Made by a program: the position numbers and the translations under genes. Under the pieces are notes generated by a model that was not told the origin of the DNA, ran no database searches, and saw nothing but the letters and a program-made list of their open reading frames with translations. From the NCBI GenBank assembly GCA_051313645.2, contig JBNRSN020000018.1, positions 37,882,001 to 37,946,000 of the forward strand: DNA of 64,000 nucleotides, written 5' to 3'. The stretch is from Centroscyllium fabricii (lineage: Eukaryota). Shown here piece by piece: positions 24,856 to 38,689 of this stretch. Every line of letters begins with the position of its first letter. Positions within the stretch are counted from its first letter, which is position 1.

Positions 24856-27800
24856 GAGCATGCTCAGTTCACTCTGGCCTAGTAACACAAGCGCATGAAT
24901 TCGCAGCTCATCATGTCTCTGTCCTTCATTTGTTCTACCCACATATGTTACATTTTGACGACGAGGATGGGATCTCAAAGCCATTTTTAGGGATCATGGA
25001 AGGACGGACACAGTGTTCAACATTCGATTGGACAGGTTTAAGGTGAATTTGTGCCACCTATACTGAAATGTTTTGATGTTTTACTGTTAATGCCGGTGCA
25101 GAATCGTCTGTGCTTCGCCTTCGCATGTGTGTATACACAGAAACAACGGCACTGATTCTCTCAGGTACACAGGTAGATTGGGACAATCATGGCCGCACCG
25201 ATGGGATTCATCGCAAGCCTCAGCATGTATGACCGAGCTCGTGAACCATTCAGTTTTTGCATTGGGCGGATGAAGATTTTTTTTTAGGACCAATAACATT
25301 ATTGAGACAGAAGGTGCAGATGAGAATGTTCAAGCTCAAAATAAAGTAATTCTTGAACGGAAGAAAGCAAATTTTCTTAGAGATCGGGCCAGATGTATAT
25401 GGAACATTGACAAACCTACTCTCAGCAGGGAAAGCGCAGGATGCAGCATTTGAAGATATTGTCGAGAAACTCGGACTATTTCGACCCAAAGCTGTTAGCA
25501 CTCGCAGAGAGCTGTAAGTTTGGTACCAGAAGCCAAAACCAAAGTGAAACCATCAGTGAGTACAGGTACACAATCCTTTATCCGAAAACCTCGGAACCGG
25601 GCGGTCGTCGGTTTTCGGATAATTTCGGTTTTCGGGTTGGTGCCCAGTGCGCATGTGCATTGTCGTGTTGGCGGCCGATTGCGCCTCTGAAACGGTAGGA
25701 GATTGTCAGCTAACAACAGAAAACGCTGGAGAAACTCAGCAGACCAGCCAGCATCGGTGGAGAGAGGAGCAGAGTTGACGTTTCAGGTGGAAGACCTTTT
25801 TTCAAAAGGAGATTGTGGGCCGTTGATACCGGGGCTCGGGCGCAGCGCTGTGCGAGGGAGGCCGCAGCGGCGGCCCGCGGAACGGGGCCTAGCGCGGCTG
25901 TGGCCAGAGCCCCAAGGGACCGGGAGGCGGAGAACGAGCCCGGCACTCGGAGGAAGTGCCGGGCTCAGCTGAGGGAGGGCTCACCCGCCGGGGGAGCTGG
26001 AGAACGAGCCCGGCACTGGAGGGAAGTGCCGGGCTCAGCTGAGGGAGGGCCCACCCCGCAGTTTTTACATTTCCTATCGAGCAGTGCAAGGGATGGAATG
26101 GGAATGTAATACTTATTACACCGGTATGATTCAAATTAGCTTTCAAAACGGGTCAGATTTGGCGCAACTCGGGTCATTTTGAAATTTCATTTTTTGGAGC
26201 TTTTCAGTTTTTGGAGTTGCGGATAAAGGATTGTGTACCTGTATATTGTAACTCTTAAGAACGTGTCTTTGTATTGTTTCTTCGGCACATTTTTGGATCG
26301 TGCGTTGCAAGATAAGTTTGTGTGTGGACTGGTGGATGAGCGCACACAGTCCAAGTTACTGAACGCTCAGAACCTAGCGTTTGACATAGCATGCAAAGTT
26401 GCCCCATCGTATAGCGATGGCATCTAAGAATTCTAGGGAGCTCCATCCAACTCAAGTGACTAGTGCAGCTGAGGTCGACAGTCACAAAGCCAAAGTTGTG
26501 AGACCAAGTCAAAAGCATGTCGGTGAGAGCAGTTCCGTGAACTGTTATTGCTGCAATGGAAATCACTCACCACAGTCCTGCCAATACAGAAATGCAAAGT
26601 ATTTTCACTGCCAGAAGCAAGGCCATATTTCAACAGCTTGCGAGCTCGATCTAAAGCAGGGAGTAAGAACCATTTTAGTGCCGATGCAAAGCAGCGACAA
26701 CAAAAGGGAGGAATTCACAATATTGAAGTGAACACACCTGATGTTGAAGCACTCGGCATCTACAGTATCTATGCCACCAGCGGCAACGCCAGTAGTCATG
26801 AGAAGGACTTCCGTACAAACCCTTTGTTCAATGAGCAATATATTGATATGTGTAGCAACATGGCGGTGGACTGCTCTATCATGAGTAAGGACACATAGAG
26901 TAAGTTTAATTAAATACCACTTACAAAGAATACCGTAGAGTTTTAAAAAAACGACTCTGGAGAAGTCTTAGAGACATGTGGACAAATGAAATGTACAGTT
27001 CAATGCAATGGTCAGTCAGTAAAGCAGCCTATTATTGTAGCAACCTACAACAACAGGCCAACACTCTTGGACAGAGACTGGTTGAGAAAGTTAAAACTAG
27101 ATTGGAAAAACATCTTCAGTGTAGATGCTTAAAAAAAGCGACTTGACACAATGCTGAAGAAATACGAAAGCACGTTCACAGACTGTTAGGAGGGGTATGA
27201 CACACATATCTGCATCAAGTCCAGCACGAAACCTGTCTATTGTAAGACGAGGCCGGTCCTCTGTGCGTTGAAAAGTCAGGTGGAGGGAGGGCGAGAGAAA
27301 CTGCGAGAAAGGAGTGCGAGTAAAAACTGATGTGGAATAAAAACTGAAGTGAATGGGCTACCCCAATTGTGATAGTGCCCAAAGTAGACAAAACTCTATG
27401 CGTGTGCGGTGACTACAACGTTACTATCAACCAAGCAGTTGACGATGAGCGGTACCCGTTACCTACATCACAAGATTTGTATGCAGCACTCTCTGGGCCA
27501 AAGGTTTTCTCCAAGCTTGACCTGTCGCGCGCTTACGCTCCGCTGAATGTTGACAAAGAGAGCCAACAGTATCTCACCATCAACACACACAAGGGACTGC
27601 ACTCCTACACCAAGCTGCTGTATGGTGTAAAGTCCTCCCCCAAAGTCTTCCAGGCGGCGATGGATAAGATTTTGCAAGGAATTTGAAATTGCTTATGCAA
27701 TCAAGACGATGTGCTGATCGCAACAAGCACTGAGGGAAAATAATCTGGAAGTGTTGGATGTTGTGCTTCAAAGGTTGAATGCCCACAATGTAAAATTGAA

Positions 27801-29650
27801 AAGGAGCAAATGTACTTTTTTGCAGCCCTTTGTACCGTGGCCTGAAAGTTGATGCTAATGGCTTGCAATCAGTGAAGGAAAAGATTGATGCTGTCATCAA
27901 TGCTCCAAAGCCACAGAACGTGTCTGAGTTAAGATCTTTCCTTCGAATGGTCCAGTACTACGCACGTTTCTTACCCAAGTTAGCGACCATGTTCGCTCCA
28001 TTGCACGAGCTCCTCGACGCCAGTGGAAGTGGACGAAAGTGCAACAGGAAGCTTATGACACTTGTAAGATAAGTCTCTCCGGCGATGCTTTACTTGTTCA
28101 CGACGACATAGAGCATGAGCTTAAGTTAGCGTGTGCTGCTTCTTGCGACGGTGTGGGAGCTATCATAAACCACGTAATGGATGACGGCCAAGAGAAACCA
28201 ACCGCGAACGTTCACAAGAACGAAAGAAACTATGCACAAATTGAAAAGGAAGCACTCGCTGTAGTGCTTGGAATCAACAAATTACAACAGTTGCTGATCA
28301 ACGGAAAATTTACCCTGATAACCGATCATAAACAGCTTTTTGCAATATTGGGGCCCAAATCTGCCATCCCTGCAATGGCCCCATCAAGAATGCAACGCTG
28401 GGCAATGTTGTCACAATATGACTACGCGATTGAATATCGCACTTAAAAGCAAAACGCAATCGCAGATGCCTTGTCCAGGTTGCCACATGGAGATTCATGT
28501 TTGGAGTGAAGGTGAGATTCTCATGCTGGGTGCAGTTGACAAGACTTTCCTGTGAATGCAACTGAGATTGCAGATGAGACTCAAAAGGACTCGGTACTGA
28601 AAAGAGTGTATGTAAACACCTTGAATAGATGGACAGGTCCGTGTCTGGACACAGAATTGAAACCATTCCACAACCGTCGTACTGAATTGTCCTGTGTGCA
28701 AGGTTCTATCAAGTGGGGAAACAGAATGGTGGTACCTACCTTGTTGAGAGATGGAATTCTGGCCGAAACTCATTCTGAACATCCAGGGATCGTCCGTATG
28801 AAATCAATTGCAAGAAGCTTTGTTTATTGGCCTGGATTGAACAGTGACCTTGAATCATTTGTCGGCAAAGGCAGCGTTTGCCGAAACTGCAGAAACAAAC
28901 CACCCAAAACTCCACTACAACTCTGGTCATGGCCAAGTAGACCTTTGCAGAGAATATATGTAGACTTCTGTGAGAAATACTTGTAGTTAGTCACTCAAAG
29001 TGGATTGAAGTGAAACACATGAGTTCAGATACTACATCTGAACGTACCATAGGTGAGTTAAGGTCTATCTTTGCATGACCTGGCTTACTTGAGGAACTTA
29101 TTTCTGACAATGGCCCTCAGTTCCATTCTGTTCTATTCCAAGAGTTTGTGAAATGGAACTGTGTCAACGCTCTCGTTCCACCATATCATCCAGCTTCAAA
29201 GGGAGCAGCTGAAAGGCCAGTCAGAACAGTAAAAGAAGCTCTCAAAAAGCATGTGTTGCAGGGTTGTTCAGGACTCCGCATGAAACAACGTTTGGCAAGT
29301 TTCTTGTTGAAGTACAGAACTACTCCGCACACTACAACTGGATATACCCTGGCAGAACTTTTGATGTAAAGGAGATTGAGAACTCGATTGAGGAGTCTTC
29401 AACCAAATTTGGCCTCAAGTTCAACAGAAACAGTCGAGTCAGAAATGTTATTGTGACCGCAATCAGATCGAATGCAGTTTCAAACAAAACAAGTGTGTTC
29501 ATATTCTCTGGCCCCCTGGCAAGTCGAGTTCACACAAGTGTGATGTCGGAACCATAGTAGTGGTTGGTGGAACCAAGAGATATTTGGTTGAAATTGGTGA
29601 CCACATCCGAAGTGTTTATGTAGATCAAATGATCTCTGCTAGAGATGAAG
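24856..29650 (+). mobile_element. Second Ty3/Gypsy element, decayed, 3' LTR not found
   Basis: LTR end TTACA at 24952 and PBS TGACGACGAGGATGGGAT (24956-24973, 17/18 match to the tRNA-Ser(GCU) 3' complement). gag starts at 25189 (MAAPMGFIASLSMYD...) with a Zn knuckle. RT (VCGDYNVTIN...SKLDLSRAY), RNase H (NYAQIEKEAL...TDHK) and integrase (HSEHPGI...VYWPGL...C..C; PPYHPASKGAAER) follow. Confidence 0.88.
25563..26241. mobile_element. TA-flanked Tc1/pogo-type MITE, second TIR family, inside Gypsy gag
   Basis: TA|CAGGTACACAATCCTTTATCCG...CGGATAAAGGATTGTGTACCTG|TA. gag reads through (ISEY|IVTLK) when it is removed. Confidence 0.9.
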
Positions 29651-30507
29651 CAAGATGCGATCTTGAATCACGTGATCATGAACACATTATTACATAGACC
29701 AGTAGCAAACATGACACCACCGTACCTGTGTAAACATGTATTGAACAGGCACAATTGAGAACAAGCTCCAGGGTACCTCGAGTTTATGGTCTTGTGCACC
29801 ACTTGCATGTCTCCTGTCACACACTGAAGGCTCTGGATTTGTTTACATGAAAAGATTGTAACAGGCACTCGGACAGCATTTGTCGAGGATCTGAAGCGGC
29901 ACAATGTCTTGTTACTGAAACAAAAACATTTATATGTCGGCCCTTCACTGGGATGAATGCCTGCTTAAAATTTGTTTGCCTTGTTACTGTTAAAATGCAA
30001 AACTTTCAGGGATGTTACAGTAGGCTCGAAGCTGGCCTTTTGCTTCGGTTCAAGTCCAACTAAAATGAAAATCTCCTCTGCTGATCCCCTGAAAAGGTGG
30101 GCAGGGACCTCTGGCACACAAGTGGTGACTTTGCTCGGCACTGGATGGCTGGTGTAGGGAAACGGAAAATGCCACATTGTAGGTGTTTCTCTTCTGAACT
30201 TGGGCAGTGTTGGAGGAAGGCTTTAATCTCCATTGACTGATGGTGCACTTGATCCAAGCATGCTTGGTGCTCAGAGTACACAAGATTAAAAGCATTCAAT
30301 GTCCCAGGAAAATATCCCTCACCTCGGTGGATACAAAAAAAACTTTGGTGAAAACAAATTGATTTACTGTGTTTAACATTTGTATATCTGAGTAGTAATT
30401 CACTTTCCTCTTTTTTACACTTTTAATTTTGGTTGATTTTTGAGGGGCTGAAATGCTTTTTGTCTCAATCACCCCTGGCCTTATGGACCCATGTAGCAAT
30501 GACCGTA

Positions 30508-33500
30508 CAGGTTGAAGTTTGTTAATTCGGCACCCGAAAAAACAGCAGATTCAGACGTCCGGCACATATTTCCCCTCACCGTCCGCAATCCCCGACTGGC
30601 CTGCGCAGCGGCGCTCTTCGACGCTTCCTGCGCTTTACAAAAAACCCTATACCTGACATGAAGCCCGGGCCACGTGAAGTGTTGGACCGGGCTCCCTCCC
30701 GGGGCCTTTCCCGAATGCGCACTGGTCCTGACGGCGTGGCTTCAGCCGCACCCGAACTTCCGGGGCGTGTCCCGACGGCGTGGCTTCAGCCGCACACGAC
30801 CTTCTGGGGCGTGTCCACAACCATGCCCGACCTTCTGGGGCGTGTCCACAACCATGCCTGACCTGGGGCGTGTCCCCATCGAGTGCTCCAATCCGCTGAG
30901 GCCTCAGACTGCTTTACCGGCGAGCTGCAGAGTGCTCCATCCATGTGGAGTGCTTTACCCCGAACTGCAGAGCTCCATCCAGCACGGAGAGAGCTCCATC
31001 CAGCATTGAGTCATATCACTGAAGCATCTTCAGTGGTCCTGCATGATTTCTAACCCAATTTATTGTGGTTATTTCTGCCTATAATTTACCCTTCAAAATG
31101 GCACCTAAGCGGTCAGCAGGTGGTGATACCTGTGGTAATCCTGGGAAGCGTAAGCATGTGTCATTAACGTTGTTGCAAAAGGTTGAGTTATTGAAAAAAC
31201 TGGACAGCGGAACATCAGTAAGAGCCTTGTGCGATCAGTACAGTGTTGGCTCATCTACTGTGTACGATATTAAAAAACAAAGATAAAATTAGAAAGTTCT
31301 TCGTTGACACAGAAAGTAAAACGGTGATGACATCATGCAAGACATTACGGGAAGGCAAGCAAGCTGACGAGTGTGCTCTCATGCAGTGGTTCAAGCAATT
31401 TCTCACTGGAGTCCGGCTGCATTTCTGGAAAGATGATCATAGCACAGGCGAAGATATTCCACAGAGAATTCAACATTCAAGAGGATTTTGAATATGCTTT
31501 TGGCTGGCTGCACAGGTTTAAAAAGAGGCACGGCATTAGCTTGTACCGCGTGTGCGGTGAGAAGAAAAGTGCAGATGCAGCAGCAGCCACGGCATTTGTG
31601 GAGGAATTCGCCAGGTATGTTGCAGCTGAGAGATTATCACCTGAGCAAGTTTACAATGCAGACGAAACAGCTCTCTATTGGAAATGCATGCCAAAGAGAA
31701 TGCTGGCTACAGACACTGAGGAGGCACCATCCGGTATGAAGGGTTCCAAGGAGAGAGTAACTGTACTTGGCTGCAGTAATGCTGCCAGAACTCATAGGTG
31801 CAAACTGCTCGTGATCGGAAAAAGTGTGAACCCACGTGCTTTCAAGGGTGTTAGAAACTTCCATTTATCGGAATAAGAAAGGATGGATGACAAGTGAAAT
31901 TTTTCTTCAGTGGTATGTGAAGCATTTTGTGCCAGAGTCACGAGCACATTGCGAAAGTGTTGGCCTTGACTCAAATTGTAAAATAGTCTTGGTTCTGGAC
32001 AATTGTTCCGCCCACCCTAAAGCTGAAAAACTAGTTATAGGTAACACTACAGCTCTCTATTTACCCCCAAACTGCACATCTGTTATCCAACCATGTGATC
32101 AAGGAATCCTTCGATCAATGAAATCAAAGTACAGGTCAGAATTAATGCACCGCATTTTACTGGCAGTTCATGGAGGGAAGCACCTGAAAGAAGTTCTGAA
32201 GGATTTCAATATGAAGGATATGATATGGTCTGTGGTGCATGCCTGGGAGAAGGTAACTCCAGCCACTCTGAAGCATGGGTGGCATAATCTGTGGCCAGCT
32301 CGTGTGTTTGACACTGGCAGCGATGTTGATGAAGCCGAGTTCCCTGGGTTTCGCATCGCCGAGGAAACACAATTAATTTCGGAGTTACTGGATTACGCCA
32401 AGGGCTTGTCCACCCCTGCAGTAACGGCGATCACGGAAAATTTGGAGGAGACTGACTTACAGGATTGGATGGGTGTCGACCATGATGTACCTGTTCTAAG
32501 CCAGATGACGGGTGAGGAAATAGTTCGAATGGTACAGACTGGAGAGAATGCACATGGCGAAGTAAGTGATGATGATGAGGATGCTGATGATGACAAATAC
32601 ATTCAGTTAACAACTGATCTGATAACAGGATTACAACAATGGAGCTTCATCTCGGGACAGCAAATAATGAATGTGTACTTGATCCAAGAAGCGCTCATCA
32701 GGGAAAGACCCAAACACATGCGGCAGACAAGCCTTCAGAACTGGTTATGCTCAAAGAAGGAAGACACCAAGAGTGAACGCCCTATGAGGAGCATCGATGA
32801 TCCTGCCGCCTCTACCTCGTCTGCCCCATATGTCCCATCAGCTGTTGGCCCAGAAGAAACCCCGGAAGAAACTTGATGTGACTCAGACACGGGTACCCTG
32901 TATAAGTTGATGTGGATGTATCATGTGACCATTTCTTGTGATTGGGTATGAAGCTGTATTCTCGGTAAGAGAATGATTGTATTTTATTTAATCCTTCCCT
33001 GTACATTACAGCCTGTACTGCAAGTTAAGTTAAGTCAAGTTTATTGGTCACATACATTGTTATGTACGTGTGTTTATACTGTTAGTTTTATCTGTACAGT
33101 AATCTGTGATGCACTTTAAGTGAAGGGTGGGCATTTGGGTTGATGTTATTGATGTGTTCTAAGTTGTCTATCGCCATTTACTCTGTGTTTGCCCATTTAA
33201 TCTGTATTTGGTATGGTTGAGGGAGGAAACTGGTCTGTTCTTAAATAAATAGCTTTAATAAATTGCAAATGCTACATTGTTGCAATTCTTTGCTGCACAG
33301 AAGGTGCCCGTGATGTAATCTAGCCAACAATTCAAAGGAATTTGTGACATCTCTCCACCGATGCTGCCTGGCCTGCTGAGTTTTTCCAGCATTTTCTGTT
33401 GCTGCTGCAGTGCTATTTTCGTGCACTGCGGGCAGTTGGACTGCTCCACCCGGAAAGCTTTGAAATCCCCCCTGTACTCTGCTCTGTTCCACCTGCGCGC

Positions 33501-33705
33501 CGCGGGGAGTTGGACTGCTCCACCCGGAAATCGCCCTGTGCTCTGCCTCCACCCGCGCGCTGCGACCACCTGCACTGGTCTGCGTGTGCTGCAGCCATTA
33601 TGAATGGTCCGCGCATGCGCTCGGGACAGCTTCATTCGTTCGGGTTTTTCAGTATTCCGGCACGGGCCTGGTCCCGACCCTGCCGGATTAACAAACTTCA
33701 ACCTG
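30508..33705 (+). mobile_element. Tigger/pogo DNA transposon, full-length
   Basis: TA|CAGGTTGAAGTTTGTTAATTCGGCA...TGCCGGATTAACAAACTTCAACCTG|TA, enclosing a transposase gene. Confidence 0.95.
31098..32876 (+). pseudogene. pogo/Tigger (CENP-B/JRK-like) DDD transposase, frameshifted
   Basis: HTH region KRKHVSLTLLQKVELLKKLD...STVYDIKK, then GWLHRFKKRHGI, NADET, LVLDN and IQPCDQG, spread over several frames. Confidence 0.92.
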
Positions 33706-34824
33706 TATATACATTTCATGTGACTCTCCGTGGGGAAGGGGAGTAGATAAAAAGTCAAAAGTCTTTTTCTGCCATTCATTATTACCTTCAATTGGAAATA
33801 AATTGCCCAAAGTTTTGAAAAATACAGAAACTGTTAAGTTTAAACCACCCATGCAGTGTAAGGTGCCAGGTCCTGTGCAGCAGTGTCCTTGGTGTTTGAA
33901 GGGATAATAGCTACCCAGTCAGAAAATTAGATTTCTGGCAGGGTGTAACTAAATCTAAAGTATCCTGTTAATTGATATTTAAGTAGTTCTGTCATTCCAG
34001 ATCTATTTTGACATTCCTTTAATGTACTGGAACCCCAGATGGCCCATTTGCAAAGTCCCTGTGGTGAGCACAGGTCCTGGATAGCGTTTTGTGCGCTCCA
34101 CCTGCTCTGATGTATGTCACGTATCATCCCTATTCTGTGTTGCACGTTTGGTCAAGTGGATTATTAGACATTACCCCTCAAGGAGTTGCCACCGATGAAG
34201 TAGAGCTTATCGTCAGAAAATAACTCTGCTGTCTAGATATTACCAAAGTTGAGTGATGTCTGTAATTGGCAATAGGATTTCTGTGGCTTGCGTGAAGACC
34301 TTGAAATCGACATGCCATTACAAATTTCGCTTGGATGTTCAAACATTTTTCTAAAACATATTTAATCACTTCGAGCAATAAAATCAGTAGTGCCCACTTT
34401 TTAAAGATGTTGACTCCATTTTTGAATGTCTGTTACAATTCTCCCCTATCCACCTACATCTACATGTAGACAAGTCTGCCTGGGGCATGGAGAGCAGAAC
34501 AGTTGAGGTCTACTGAAGGGCAGGACTAAATATTTTTATTTTACTTCCTTGACATTTCTGATTGATTTCTGTGTGGTTTGGAGTAAAGCGTCGAAATGAG
34601 GTGTTGAATTGTGTTTATATTGTAATTTGCCGAACTGATTGACCTCTGCTATTTGCAAATGCTTATTGCTTCATCACAAATTGGGAGGCTGAAGTCGAGT
34701 CTCATTCGTGCCCTGTCTCCTAACAGGCTCAGTGAGCCTCTGGCTGGAGTGAAAAGAAGTTTGGATCCTAACACCCCCGTGATGTGGGAAAGGAAATTGG
34801 CCAGGTTCTTCATTCCTGTTCACT

Positions 34825-35232
34825 GGGGCGGCACGGTGGCACAGTGGTTAGCATTGTTGCCTCACAGCACTGGAGACCCGGGTTCAAATCCAACCTCGGG
34901 TGACTATCTGTGTGGAGTTTGCACATTCTCCCCGTGTCTGCGTGGGTTTCCTCCGGGTGCTCCGGTTTCCTCCCACAGTCCAAAGATGTGCGGGTTAGGT
35001 TGATTGGTCAGGATAAATTGACCCTAAGTGTTAGGGGGATTGAATATGTGGGGTTACGGGGATAGGGTGGGATATGTGTCGGTGCAGGCTCGATAGGGAT
35101 CGAGGGATATGGGGACAAGGCAGGGGCGGGGTGCTGGGTTTGGATGATCAGCCATGATCTCATTGAATGGCGGAGCAGGCTCGAAGGGCCGAATGGCCTA
35201 CTCCTGCTCCTATCTTCTATGTTTCTATGTTT
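34825..35232 (+). mobile_element. HE1-type V-SINE, full length
   Basis: Head GGGGCGGCACGGTGGCACAGTGG, V-domain and HER1-type tail. Confidence 0.9.
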
Positions 35233-36627
35233 TTATTCACTGACTACTGCCGAGATGTATGTGTTTGGAGATTGGGTGAGAATCGAACTGGATTGAGCTG
35301 TGGTGGTCTCCACTATTAACGCTGTCTAGGTCTCCGTTTGGCAACTTCACTCTTTCCCCCCGGCACTCCACAACACTCACTTTGGCCCTGGGTAATTGGG
35401 AGCTTTGCTCATCATATTTCTCCATGTGAACCTTTGTTGGTACACCAAGCCCAGTACCATGCAGTATCTGTTTGAAATGTCTAGGTTACCACTCAGCTGT
35501 ATTTAATTTTTAGTGTGCATCAATTCTTGTTACAAGATATGAAATTAATGTCGTTACTTATGAAATTAATGTCGTTTCTAATGAAATTTGATTGACCTAC
35601 GATGTCTTTCTGCCTTTTATATTAATGTCTCACACCCTTTTGCTTCACTGTGCCAAACATTGAAAAATCTCGCTGAGCAGTAATTGGACCCCGGTGTCCT
35701 CGATACCTATTTGAGTCATTGTAAATCTGAGGTCATGAACACTTCTTTGGGAGAGAGAAAAAAAAATCAGTGTTCAGCATCTCTTCAGAAAATGCTGAAA
35801 GGAAAACATGTTGTTGTCCTCTTAGAAAATCTCAACATTATGGTAGAACAATGTCTTCACTGCAAAAACTGTGTGTAACAACAACAGAAATACATCAGTG
35901 GCATGCACATGCATCTATACCTGTCACATTACACCAGCCGCTCGCTGGGGGATAGGAAGATAGCGAGTTAAACAGTTGCATAGATTAATGTTAATGCAGT
36001 TCTTGATAGATGGGCTGAGAATTTTGAAGCACAGATCAGCACTTTTAATTTTACAGGGAGAGCTTGTTGGTCTATCCCGTTTCTATACCTTTTCCTTGGT
36101 AATTGGTGAAATGTGATTGGTGATGAACTGCCTTTGGGAGTGATTTACTATGGGAATATTGTTCTGGTTCAGCAGTGTTAGAGAGCGCGGCTGAATGCTG
36201 TGAGAGAAGGGGGAGGGGACGATGGATGTCATCGTTTGATGGTAACCTGGCTGCAGGCAGTCCGTGATAACCCTTTGCTGGTGGGAAAAAGGGCAGGGAA
36301 ATAACTAAAGAAGGACGTTAGAAACGGGGGGTGTTTTGTTTAAAGCTCACTCACGTAAAAGATAAATACTAATTTCTTGTGTTGCACACACAAAGCCAGA
36401 GAACATGGCCTCTTTCTGTTGCCTCTCTCTCCTTCTGTACATCTTTCCCCCCTTCTCCCCCTCCCTTGCTTCTCCCCCTCCCCTTCTGGCTCTCTCGCCC
36501 TTGCCATTGTTTTGGTTAAACTCTTACGGCATTAGAAATTCCAATTACGAGTGGGAATAACGACTGATGAAAATTTCTTCAGTAATCACTTTCAGCAATT
36601 TGTGGGTTGCAAGATCGCACAGAATCC

Positions 36628-36797
36628 CCTCATGGAGGCAGAGACCTTCATCACATTTAAAAAGTACTTGGATATGCACTTGAAGTGCCGGAACCTACAA
36701 GGCTACGGACCAAGTGCTGGAAAGTGCGATTAGGGTGGATAGCTCTTTGTCGGCCGGCACGGACAAGATGGGCCAAATGGCCTCCTTCTATGCTGTA
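36628..36797 (+). mobile_element. CR1 3' terminal fragment (second tail type)
   Basis: ITFKKYLDMHLKCRNLQGYGPSAGK* followed by GGGCCAAATGGCCTCCTTCT. The same tail is on the minus strand at 42785-42940. Confidence 0.75.
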
Positions 36798-37893
36798 AGT
36801 GCCTGTGATGGTCAAATTGCAATTACTAGGTGACAAGTTTACATGGGTGGTTTCTGTGATAAATTTTGACATAGCAATTTATGGAGTGTGGGGGTGAAGG
36901 GAAAGAGTTGGCATGATAGTGGAGCAATAGGAAGTAAGGTTTTGTTCACAATAAATGCACGCAGGTATAACATTTTTAATGAGATGTAGGATTCTTGCTA
37001 TGTCTTTCATGGTAATCATAAATCATCACTAATTAAGATCTGACATATTGGGCTTCTTTGTTTCGAGGCCACTCCGGTGATGTGACTGGTAGGAAGGAGC
37101 CACCTGGGGCCACAGTTTTTGACAGGCCTGGGAACTGCAGCCACCTGATAATAGGGAAATACAACTGAAATGCAGGGTCTCTGCTGGAGGTGGGGAAATT
37201 TGACACTTGTTGGGAAAGTTATCCAAATATTCCTTATATTAACATGGGGAGGAAGTGGGGTAGAGCACAACCAGGTGTATTCCTTCAATTAACTCGAGCT
37301 GAAATTCAGTTCAACCTCATGGGATGCATTGTTTTCCTGTACCGCTCTGCTCAAAAGATTGAAAGTCTACAATTTTGTGTGTTGGGAATGTTACTGGATT
37401 GTATTTTCAACTCCTACACCTCCTGTGCTTTTGCTGCTTTTTGGGGACAGTGATTTAATGAGGGAAGGTACTCTTGTTCTCTCGACTTACGTTAAACTTG
37501 TTCCCCACTAATTTACCCCCTTTTCTCGATGAAGGCTTAGCCTCTTTCCTGAGGTACAGTTCAAAGGGCGCTCATGCAGTGCATTGCTCAAGTTGCTATT
37601 CGTCGTTGGCTTTGACAATGAGTCTTAGTAGGCCATTGGAAATTGTACCAATCTAGATTCTTCTCTCGCCCAATGTCTACACACACACATCTAGCAGGGA
37701 TCACGGAATAGTAATCAAGAGTAAGAACCAGTAGCTCCTCTCAAAAACCCAGATCACCCCTACTGCTGCCCTGACTGACTTCATTCAACTCCGCTCCGAT
37801 CACAGGACAAACCTGAGACTTGCCTGATCCGTATCATTTAGCTACACACTGCATCACCAGGGGAGTTTGTGCTCAACTATTTGAATGGAAGTA

Positions 37894-38678
37894 CAGGTAC
37901 GCAACCCTTTATCCAAAAAACCTCGGGACTGGGCGGGTATCGGTTTTTGGATAATTTCGGTTTTTCGAGTTGCCGTGTTTGCGGCCCAGTTCGCAGTCGG
38001 AATATATACGAAATATCTGCGAAAATAACTTTACCAAACATGACATTTATCAACATACAACCACGGTCCCTTTTCAATTAGTTTTAAACAAAGCGCGGAA
38101 TCGTAGAGTTATGTACTGATTCTCCCGCGGACCCGGGAATATAGACAATTCATTCGGATGAATATCCGTGTTGTACCTTGGTGGAAAGATCACACAAGTG
38201 AAACCGCAGGTTGTGGTGAGCAGGACCGATGACGCGGGCCGTGCGGCTGGGACAATCGTTGCCAGGGAAACGCATAGCCTCGGCTCACGTGGCACGAGTG
38301 CGCGCGCTCTACAAGCGGGAACGGCATATCGGCCGCAATAACAGAAAGCACTGGAGAAACTCAGCAGGCATATCAACCGTTTGGAACAGGAGATGGCCGT
38401 TTTTTTCCTGATGTGGAGGTGCCGGTGTTGGACTGGGGTGGACAAAAGTAAGAAGTCACACAACACCAGGTGATAGTCCAACAGTTTTATTTGAAATCAC
38501 AAGCTTTCAGAGCGCTGCTCCTTCCTCAGCACGTCATCAACAACACGAACTCGAGGTAAAAACATATTTTTCTGCTGCAGCTGGTCACTTCCTTAAATTT
38601 ATTTAAGAAAAAAATGGTTATTTTGGCGCAATCCTGGACTTCAGTTTTTGGAGTTGCGGATAAAGGATTGTGTACCTG
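37894..38678. mobile_element. TA-flanked MITE, CAGGTAC family, containing a Penelope end (38411-38530)
   Basis: TA|CAGGTACGCAACCCTTTATCC...GGATAAAGGATTGTGTACCTG|TA. The ends match 25563-26241. Confidence 0.85.
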
Positions 38679-38689
38679 TATAATATAAT

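Noticed and set aside
31098-32876. Domesticated JRK/TIGD-type host gene
   Set aside because: It has several frameshifts and sits between intact TIRs with a TA TSD, so it is a transposon copy.
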